The notes under the pieces were generated by a model. It was not told the DNA's origin. It did not search any database and worked only from the letters and a program-made list of their open reading frames with translations. DNA of 37,887 nt from Gemmatimonadota bacterium (GTDB lineage: Bacteria; Gemmatimonadota; Gemmatimonadetes; Palauibacterales; KS3-K002). The position numbers and the translations under genes were made by a program. This document shows, one piece after another, positions 16,998 to 24,347 of this stretch (positions within the stretch are counted from its first letter, which is position 1; each line of letters begins with the position of its first letter). Where the stretch lies: positions 1-37,887 of the forward strand of contig JBDHAI010000001.1 in NCBI GenBank assembly GCA_039588155.1, read 5' to 3'.

Positions 16998-18341
16998 TCA
17001 GCTCTCTGGGTTGGATTGCGATCGGACGAAATCGAGGCGCGCTACGGCCATGTGGTATTTGGCGAGGGCGTCGATGGCTCGCTGGCGCATCGCGGTGGCT
17101 CGTGCTTCGGCCTGCAGTAGATCGGCGGCAGTGGCGAGGCCCTCGTCGAACCGCCGACGCATCAGCTCGCGGCCGGAGTCCGCAGCCACGGAAGCCGCCT
17201 CGGTGGCCTCGACCTGCAGCTGCGCGCTCCTCACGGCTCGCTGTGCCTGGTCAAGCTCCTTCTCTGCATCACGTAAGGCCTGCTCGTACTCGACCTCGGC
17301 GATCCGTTCATTCAGGCTCGCTTGCTGGTTGTCCGCGGAGCGGGCGAAACCGTCGAACAGGTTCCAGCGCAGCATAGCGCCAACGGTCCAATTGTCGTTC
17401 TCGAACTGGATGGGATCCTGGCTGTGCCAGGCGTATTGTGCGAACAAGTCAACGACCGGGATCCAGCCGAGGCGGGCCCGCGTCTTGGCGGCACCCGCGG
17501 CATCGGCTGCGGCGGCCAATGCCTTCAAGTCGGAACGCTGGCCCGGATAGAATTCGACCTCGGCCGACACCGAGGGCGGAGCGAGTGCATCGGAGGGCTC
17601 GGGTATCGTATCCGGGCCCCACCCGAGGTGGCGCGCCAGGTCGTGTAATGCGTCGAGCCTGGCGCGCTCCGCTTCGACTCGCTGAGCGCGCGACGCGGCA
17701 TGCTCGGCTTGGGCCTGAAGGAGATCTGCCTCGGTCAGGAGACCCCGCTCGCGACGCTTGCCGAACGCCTCGAGGGTGGCGTCAGCTGCCTCCAGGTTCG
17801 CCGCCGCCGCCGCGAGCTGCGCGGCCGCAGTCTGCGCTCGGTAGTAGAGTGTGCGGGTGACCAGGATGGTCGCCTCGCGCGTCCGGACGGTGACCCAGTC
17901 CGCTGCCGCGGCCTGGCTCCTGGCGGAAGACCTCCCCGCCCAGGCGGTCGGATCGAGGAGGCTCCAGCGAACGCCGATCGCTGTCGACCAGTCGGCGATG
18001 GCGTTCGGGTTGTTCAAGACCGCGAAATCGAGGTCCTCGGGTCCGAAAGTGCCTTGACGGAGCTTTGTACCGAAGACGGCCACCGGATCGGTGGATCTCA
18101 TGTAGCCGGCGCGAACGTCGAGCCACGGCCACAGCGGACTGGAAGCCGAACGGCCCCGGGCCGACGCGAGGTCTCGCCGGGCCTCGGCAATGGTGAGGTC
18201 GGAATTGCGCTCGAGCGCGGACCGGATGGCCTGCTCGAGTGAGAGCCGACGGGCCACTACAGCGTCACTCTGAGCGCGCGCGGGGGTCGCGGCGGCCAGG
18301 GCGAGCGAGCAAGCGAGCGCTGATCTCATTAAGGTATGCAT
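16998..18341 (-). CDS. TolC-family outer membrane efflux protein
   Basis: Signal peptide MHTLMRSALACSLALAAATPARAQ. Duplicated OEP repeats with long coiled segments are present (LSLEQAIRSALERNSDL..., ...YRAQTAAAQLAAAAANLEAADATLE...). I moved the start to Met20 of the track ORF (ATG 18341); ATG 18329 is also possible. Confidence 0.9.
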   Translation of the reverse strand: MHTLMRSALACSLALAAATPARAQSDAVVARRLSLEQAIRSALERNSDLTIAEARRDLASARGRSASSPLWPWLDVRAGYMRSTDPVAVFGTKLRQGTFGPEDLDFAVLNNPNAIADWSTAIGVRWSLLDPTAWAGRSSARSQAAAADWVTVRTREATILVTRTLYYRAQTAAAQLAAAAANLEAADATLEAFGKRRERGLLTEADLLQAQAEHAASRAQRVEAERARLDALHDLARHLGWGPDTIPEPSDALAPPSVSAEVEFYPGQRSDLKALAAAADAAGAAKTRARLGWIPVVDLFAQYAWHSQDPIQFENDNWTVGAMLRWNLFDGFARSADNQQASLNERIAEVEYEQALRDAEKELDQAQRAVRSAQLQVEATEAASVAADSGRELMRRRFDEGLATAADLLQAEARATAMRQRAIDALAKYHMAVARLDFVRSQSNPES

Positions 18342-18378
18342 ATTTTTATATGTATAGGCGAAAAAAATAGTAGTGTGG

Positions 18379-18684
18379 CTACATCTGACAGTGATCATGT
18401 ATACAGTCGATAACCCGCGTTACCCTGGCATCCTGGATTCGATAGAAGACGTTCACACCATCGCGGCGGCTGGCCAGGACGCCTTTGTCGCGCATGAGGT
18501 TGAGGTGCTGAGAGGCGACGGCCTGCTCAAGCCCGAGTGCTTCGTAGATGGCCGTCACGTTCTGCTCGCCGTCCCTGTCGAGCAGCTCGACTATCTGCAG
18601 GCGGACTGGATGCCCGATGCACTTGAGCATGGTCGCCGCCTGCTGGATCGCTTCCACAGTCAAGTTCTCTGTTCGGGGCATCAT
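18379..18684 (-). CDS. ArsR/SmtB-family (YgaV/BigR-like) transcriptional regulator
   Basis: 101 aa with the winged-helix core LKCIGHPVRLQIVELLDRDGEQNVTAIYEALGLEQAVASQHLNLMRDKGVLASRRDGVNVFYRI. It lacks the ELCVCD alpha3 metal site but has Cys22 and a C-terminal CIHDHC cluster. Confidence 0.9.
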   Translation of the reverse strand: MMPRTENLTVEAIQQAATMLKCIGHPVRLQIVELLDRDGEQNVTAIYEALGLEQAVASQHLNLMRDKGVLASRRDGVNVFYRIQDARVTRVIDCIHDHCQM

Positions 18685-18712
18685 TAGCCGTTACCGTGCA
18701 TAGGTGTTACGG

Positions 18713-18741
18713 TATTATATATAGATATATCTATATGTCAA
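18713..18741 (-). promoter_or_regulatory. Putative arsR promoter with embedded 18-bp perfect palindrome operator
   Basis: The reverse strand reads TTGACA (18741..18736), then tatagatatatctata, then TAATAC. The perfect palindrome ATATAGATATATCTATAT occupies 18719..18736 and fills the -35/-10 spacer. It sits in an AT-rich island in an otherwise GC-rich genome, about 35 nt upstream of the arsR ATG. Confidence 0.5.
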
Positions 18742-18871
18742 CCTTTACTCGAACCGGGCCTTGTGGCTGGGGCTATGGCTGCTGGGCGGGAGCGGACCGC
18801 TTTGCTAGACCGCTTGAAGCCGGGGGCGTAGATTACGCTCAACCCAACCGAGTACCGAGACGGAGGCGACC

Positions 18872-19270
18872 GTGGACATCAAGCCGAACCGGCTGGTGTA
18901 TCTGGGGTATGGCAAGTACTGGCGATCGGATCAGATCACCGGCCTCGTCCCCATCGAAGACGAGCGTGGTCCTGGGCGCCGGACTCACGTTCATGTGGCG
19001 ACTCTTCAGCAGCCGATCGTGGCCTCACGGTCGGAAGACTCGATTCGGCGAGAGATGGCGGCGGCAAGCGACGAGGAGTTCAGAATGGGGGAACTACGTG
19101 CCGCGGTTGGCGACCTGCTCGAGGATATGGCGCAACTTTCCCCTGTGCTGAAGCGCATGCTTCTTCATGAAGGCGGCATGGACATGCGTCGTTGGGAGGA
19201 CCGCCTGCGAGGATTGCTCGGCCATGAGGAGGGTCTGTCTGGTCAGGAGGATCTCTTCAGTTCTGAGTAG
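18872..19270 (+). CDS. Hypothetical small protein; N-terminal part resembles RemA/DUF370, followed by an acidic helical tail
   Basis: 132-aa ORF with a GTG start preceded by GGAGG (5-nt spacer). RLVYLGYGKYWRSDQITGLVPIED and GPGRRTHVHV resemble the RemA motifs INIGFGNxVxxxRIxAIVxPES and YGRRTR (recalled from memory, not searched). Confidence 0.55.
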   Translation: MDIKPNRLVYLGYGKYWRSDQITGLVPIEDERGPGRRTHVHVATLQQPIVASRSEDSIRREMAAASDEEFRMGELRAAVGDLLEDMAQLSPVLKRMLLHEGGMDMRRWEDRLRGLLGHEEGLSGQEDLFSSE

Positions 19271-19333
19271 GGGTGTGGGCGCTGCAGTCGCTCGACTCCG
19301 CCCATCGTCTCGCCGCGTGGCGATCCCCGAATC

Positions 19334-21103
19334 GTGAAGGCACTCGCGTCACATACCGCCGCTATTGTCCTTATCCTGCTCTTCGCACTTGAGCTGCGGG
19401 CTCAGAGCGACGAAGAATGCCAGGACGGGCGGATCGCCAGTATCCAAATCATCACAGAACCCATCTTCGCCGAGGGCGCGGCGGACAGCGTCAACGGTGC
19501 GCTTTCCAAGGTATACGCAGCCGCCAATTGGCTGCACATAGAGACTCGCGAAACGTTCGTCCGGCGCGAGCTCCTGTTCAGAGAGGGGGACTGTGCGGAA
19601 CGGCTGCCCCTGACGGAGAGCGAGCGAATCTTGCGTGGATTTCGTTTTCTGGAAGCGGCGAGCGTCGAGTCGACCCAGCGGCCGGACGGTGATGTAGACG
19701 TGACGGTAACGACCAAAGACGACTGGTCGTTGCGACTCGAGCCTCGATTCAACTTCGGCGGTGGCTTCGCCGTAACGGGTATCAAGGTAGGTGACTCGAA
19801 TCTCGACGGTCGGGGCAGGTTGGTGGAGCTGTCGTACATCCTCCGCTCGGGACAAGATGATGTCCTGCTCAGCTACTTCGATCCGCAGTTCTTGATGACC
19901 CGCTGGGACTTTTCCCTGGGCGTGCTTCGTGGAGGGGCCGGCTGGACGGTCGGTCAGGCGGTTGCTTTTCCCTTCATCGGTCTCGTGGGCAGGAAGGCGG
20001 CGTTTCAGAACGCCCTGTACAGCGAGCGGGAGTTTCGCTACGTCGTAGGGGATTCGAAAGAGAGCACAACAGAGCTGCTCTTACCAACCCTTCAGAAGAC
20101 CTTCGGCCTGGGCGGAGGGCTTCGGACCCGGCCTTCTCTTCTGGGAAGGTCCACGAGACTCTGGTCGTCCGGCCTGTCCTTGTCCTACGAGGATACGAGG
20201 TACAGTTCCAGCGTTTTTGAGGACAGCACTTTCCTGTCCTCGCCGGGCGTCGCGGAGGCGATCGGGGGCGCGACATCCGCTTCGGTGTTACCGCGGAACT
20301 CTCTGCGTCTCAACGTCCTGGGTGGGGTGCGCTGGCTGGATTACGTCAAGCGCGAGGGAGTGAGCACGCTGAGGGCAGTGGAGGACATCGCGCTGGGAGC
20401 TTCAGCGGATGTGCTCGTGGGTGCAGCGCCCGAATGGTTCGGGCTAGAAGATTCGCACGTCTTGTTGGGGTTCGATCTCTATGGCGGAACGCGGGTGCGC
20501 GGCAACTGGTTTTCGGCGCTGCGGATGAACGCGGAAGCTCGCCGTGACTTGGATACGGGAAAGTGGAGAGATAGATATGCGGCTTTTCTGTGGACCAACT
20601 TCTGGGTCGTAAGCTCGCGCAGCACCAACGAGCTCACGGCTAGCTACAGCGCGGGTTGGAAGACGACCGTTCCCTTCCAATTAACGCTTGGCGGACCTTA
20701 CCGCCTGGGGGGATATTCCCTGGACCGATTCCCTAGCGGTGCACGGGCGGTTTTACGGTTGGAAAATCGTTACAATCTCACGAGGCTCGGTAAACTCATC
20801 GACTTCGGCAGTGTAGTCTTCTTCGACTTGGGCGAGGCGTGGTCGAATGGAGCGCTCTTCGGGGTCGACTCGGGCCTGCGAGCTTCGGCTGGGATCGGCC
20901 TTCGGTTTGCCGTGCCCGCCGGTAGCCGGCAGACCTATCGACTGCAGATCGGGATCCCTCTCGACGACGGGGTCAACTTCGGCGATTTCGTTTTCTCACT
21001 CAGCATCGACCGTCTCCTGAGGGTGGAGACCGATTTGATAGACCCGCAGCTGGCCCGGAGTCGCGATCCCGCGATTCGTTCCGCGGGCCGATTCCTGAAG
21101 TGA
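19334..21103 (+). CDS. Omp85/BamA-TamA family outer membrane protein (single POTRA + beta-barrel)
   Basis: Signal peptide VKALASHTAAIVLILLFALELRAQ, followed by a POTRA-like segment (IASIQIITEPIF...ERILRGFRFLEAASVEST..VDVTVTTKDDW). A roughly 450-aa region of alternating beta-strand pattern ends in an aromatic-rich C-terminus. GTG start with a weak SD. Confidence 0.75.
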   Translation: MKALASHTAAIVLILLFALELRAQSDEECQDGRIASIQIITEPIFAEGAADSVNGALSKVYAAANWLHIETRETFVRRELLFREGDCAERLPLTESERILRGFRFLEAASVESTQRPDGDVDVTVTTKDDWSLRLEPRFNFGGGFAVTGIKVGDSNLDGRGRLVELSYILRSGQDDVLLSYFDPQFLMTRWDFSLGVLRGGAGWTVGQAVAFPFIGLVGRKAAFQNALYSEREFRYVVGDSKESTTELLLPTLQKTFGLGGGLRTRPSLLGRSTRLWSSGLSLSYEDTRYSSSVFEDSTFLSSPGVAEAIGGATSASVLPRNSLRLNVLGGVRWLDYVKREGVSTLRAVEDIALGASADVLVGAAPEWFGLEDSHVLLGFDLYGGTRVRGNWFSALRMNAEARRDLDTGKWRDRYAAFLWTNFWVVSSRSTNELTASYSAGWKTTVPFQLTLGGPYRLGGYSLDRFPSGARAVLRLENRYNLTRLGKLIDFGSVVFFDLGEAWSNGALFGVDSGLRASAGIGLRFAVPAGSRQTYRLQIGIPLDDGVNFGDFVFSLSIDRLLRVETDLIDPQLARSRDPAIRSAGRFLK

Positions 21104-21272
21104 GCGTGGAAGCTGGTGTTGTTCTTGGGCGACTTGGCTTCTCCGTGCGGGCTTGTTCATTGTGGGTGCACCCGGAACCCGGCCCAGATGATTGCGGGAA
21201 CCGGCGCAGTGTGCAAAGGTTTGTAGCATGTGGAGTGGATGACGCGTGAGGCGAGATGACTCTTCAGCAAGG

Positions 21273-22139
21273 ATGCGTAGGATGAAGACGGCCACGATCC
21301 CTGTCATCGCGGTGCTGGCATCGCTGTTCGCCGGCCATCCGGCGTCGGCGCAGAGTTTCGATCATGCGATTCTCGACACGGTACTAACAGGATTCGTCCA
21401 AGCCGGCCGCGTCGACTACGCTGCCCTCAAGGTGGGCAGAGCAGGGTTAGATCGCTACTTGAGTCAGGTGGCGTCGGTCAGTGAGGCGGAATTCACTTCG
21501 TGGCCTGAGGCGGAGCGCATCGCGTACCTAATCAATGCTTACAATGCATATGTTCTCGAGACGGTCATCGACAACTATCCAATAAAGAGGAGTGGCTTCT
21601 TCAAGAAGCTCACGTCGCCTAAACGGTTCAGCTTCCCCGACAACTCGGTCCGCCACATCGACGGCGTCTTCGACGGAATCACCCACGCGGTTGCCGGCAA
21701 AGAGATGACGCTTGACGGCATCGAGCACGGTGTGTTGCGGGCCGAATACAACGAGCCTCGGATCCACTTCGCGTTGGTATGTGCAGCCGTGAGTTGTCCG
21801 TCGCTGCGCGAAGAAGCCTTTCGCGGTGATCGTCTCGACGAACAGCTCGATGACCAGGGCCGCACCTTCCTCAACGACCCGCGTTTCAACCGCTTTGAGT
21901 CCGAGGGGAGAGAGGTGTATCTGTCGAAGATCTTCGATTGGTTCGGCGATGACTTCCGTCAGTTCGCCTCCGCGACCGGTTACCAGGACGACGAAACGGT
22001 GAACGGAGTGCTGACCTTCGTTTCACGTTATCTGATCGAGAGGGTGGGCGAATTCCTCGAGAGCGGAGACTATCGAGTCCAATTCCTGAGCTACGATTGG
22101 ACTCTCAACGACCAGGCGGTCGCTGCGGCGACACAGTGA
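21273..22139 (+). CDS. DUF547 domain-containing protein, secreted
   Basis: Hallmark DUF547 motifs AYLINAYNAYVLETVI and IHFALVCAAVSCPSLR, with signal MRRMKTATIPVIAVLASLFAGHPASAQ. The start is ATG 21273 or 21282; the track lists GTG 21246. Confidence 0.85.
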   Translation: MRRMKTATIPVIAVLASLFAGHPASAQSFDHAILDTVLTGFVQAGRVDYAALKVGRAGLDRYLSQVASVSEAEFTSWPEAERIAYLINAYNAYVLETVIDNYPIKRSGFFKKLTSPKRFSFPDNSVRHIDGVFDGITHAVAGKEMTLDGIEHGVLRAEYNEPRIHFALVCAAVSCPSLREEAFRGDRLDEQLDDQGRTFLNDPRFNRFESEGREVYLSKIFDWFGDDFRQFASATGYQDDETVNGVLTFVSRYLIERVGEFLESGDYRVQFLSYDWTLNDQAVAAATQ

Positions 22140-24342
22140 GCCGCCGGCGTCCGGCGAGTCGGCTCAGCCTGACCTACCTTACAGCACTCGCCAGCGCCAT
22201 CTCCATCGCTTACGTGGCTCGGCCGTGTTCAGCGCAGGAGATCGTGCTGCGGCCGCCGACGGCCGGTGTGCAGGAGCGCGGCGACTGGAATGGGCCACGG
22301 GTCACGCAGCTCGTGAGCCGAGCCATCGAACGTCGGGCCAGTTGGGCGAGCGATGACAGGCTCCAAGACTACCGGGCACACGCGCGCGGCCACATCTACT
22401 TTCTCTACGACCTAGGTCGGAACGCCGACCGCCATTTGGTCAAGGCCGATCAGCTCGCCCTCGATCTCTACTGGCGCACCCCGGATCGGACTCGACAGAT
22501 CATCGTCGGACGCAAAGAAGAGAAGGCCCTGCCCACTAACATTCGTTATCACCTCGACCACCTCACCGTGGTCATGGACAACTTTGGTGATCGTATCTAC
22601 ATGGGTGAGGGCGCTGAGGTCAGAGATGCGCTACACCCGGCGGCGCCGGGTGCGCTGGACTTCTACGAGTATCGACTTACCGACTCCCTGACGCTGGTGT
22701 TACCCGAGCGGGATGTTCAGGTCTACAAGGCGGAGCTCAGGCCTCGGAATTCCGCTCAGCCCGGCCTGGTGGGTGCGATCTATCTCGACCGGGCAACCGC
22801 GGACATCGTCCGAATGGAGTTCACCTTTACGGCCGCTTCCTACATCGACGACACGCTCGACTACATCAACGTGCATTTGGAGAACGCGATGTGGGAGGGC
22901 CGCTACTGGCTGCCCTATCGCCAGGGTATCGAGCTGCGGCGCGAGGTGGGTCTCATCAACTTCCCCGCCGGCGGCATCATCAGGGCCGAGTTCGCTATCG
23001 GCGGCTACCGCTTCAACACCAGCTTTCCCGATGTGGTTTTTCGGGGTCCCCGCGTCAGCGCGCTACCGGCATCCGCTCGCGAGTCGTACGAGTTCCAAGA
23101 GGGGCTGTACGATGCTCTAGACCCGGAGGTCGCTACCGCGCCGCCATCGTTGGAGGAAATCCGCCGGGAAGCCACGCGTATCGTTTCGGAAGACTACCTG
23201 CGGCAAGCGAGAGGTCTGAAGCTGGCGGTGCCCGGGGTGTCTTCGGTCTTCCGTTTCCGGCGGGCCGAGGGTCTGTACCTGGGTCCGGGTGTCGGTCGTG
23301 ACTATCCGAGCGGCAGCCTCGGTGTGTTGGGCGGCTACTCGTTCGGAGCGAGCCGCTGGCAGGCGCTAGCGAAAGTAGAAACGACGGTCGCTGGGCGTTA
23401 CGAGGTCGAGCTGGCCGGCTATTACAACCGCGTGGCGGACGTTTCGATCTGGCAGCCGAGTTCGGGGATCATCGCCACGCTCTCGGCACTCATCGACGGT
23501 GAAGACCACCGAGAGCCTTACTGGGCCAGCGGCGGTCGGCTGACGGTAGGCCAGGCCTGGGGCCGGGCACGGGCGAGGATCTCGCTGGGGTTCGAGGACT
23601 GGGAGGCCGCGCAGCTGACTGCCACGAAGACGATCGATCGCGGCTATCGTGAGGTGCGCGAGCCAGGCGACTTCACCGGCATCGAGCTCGCGCACCTCAC
23701 GATCGCGGCTATCGTGAGGTGCGCGAGCTCGATGCCGGTGAAGTCGCCTGGCTCGCGTTTCAATTCGACGGCCGACCCGTGGGCGCGGTGGAGACGGTGG
23801 GCGGCGCGTCGTGGGACACGCGTCTCGAGGGCGCCACCCGCCAGGTAGCCGGCGATTTCGAGTACGTGCAACTCGCCCTGCGGGTTGGGCAACTGTGGCC
23901 GGACCTGGTGGCCGGGACCGGCCTTCGCCTGAGCGCCGCCGCCGGTGCGGTCGGTGGCGGCACCATCCCGGCTCAACGGCTGTTCGCGGCCGGTGGCCGG
24001 GGCACCGTTCGCGGTTATTCCTTTCACCGGTTCGTCGGAAACCTGTACGGCGCGGTGGGGCTCGAGCTCGCGCGCCGGTTCTGGTACCCCTACGTGTCCA
24101 TCGATCTCTTTGCGGACATGGGTTGGGTGGGCATCGAGGGGAACGGAGCAGCCGCGGCGGTGGCTGGGTGGAATCGCGTCGGTGAGCGAGCCGGCGCGAC
24201 CCGTGGCCCGCTGATCGGTGTGGGAGCCGGTGTTGGTCTGGTGTTCGACATTCTGTGGGTCGAGCTGGCCCGAGGGGTGAGACAGGGTGGCAACTGGGAG
24301 CTCATTGTAAGGGTGAGGTCCGAGTTCTGGCCCTGGTTGTGA
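22136..24342 (+). pseudogene. Large Omp85-like outer membrane protein, reading frame broken by a 65-bp inverted duplication (or an assembly artefact)
   Basis: Track ORFs 22097..23848 and 23719..24342 are in different frames. Deleting 23663..23727 fuses them in frame into a 713-aa protein. Its C-terminus (RLFAAGGRGTVRGYSFHRFVGNLYGAVGLELARRF...GVGAGVGLVFDILWVELARG) looks like an Omp85/surface-antigen barrel with the VRGY loop-6 motif. GTG 22136 overlaps the DUF547 stop (GTGA). Confidence 0.7.
23663..23751. repeat. Perfect inverted repeat, 41-bp arms with a 7-nt spacer, inside the Omp85-like gene
   Basis: 23663..23703 (ccaggcgacttcaccggcatcgagctcgcgcacctcacgat) is the exact reverse complement of 23711..23751. 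In addition, the 28 bp at 23635..23662 are repeated directly at 23700..23727. Confidence 0.95.
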
Positions 24343-24347
24343 AACCC

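Noticed and set aside
18696-19151. 151-aa plus-strand ORF starting in the arsR promoter region
   Set aside because: Its composition is Trp/Arg/Cys-rich and it begins inside the AT-rich operator. It overlaps, out of frame, the better-supported 18872..19270 ORF, which has a GGAGG SD and higher GC3.
23663-23751. Inverted repeat considered as a MITE/IS remnant or an invertase-controlled phase-variation switch
   Set aside because: The inserted 65 bp consists entirely of copies of adjacent gene sequence. There is no foreign core sequence, transposase, recombinase or promoter between the arms, and the spacer is only 7 nt. A fold-back duplication or an artefact explains it better.
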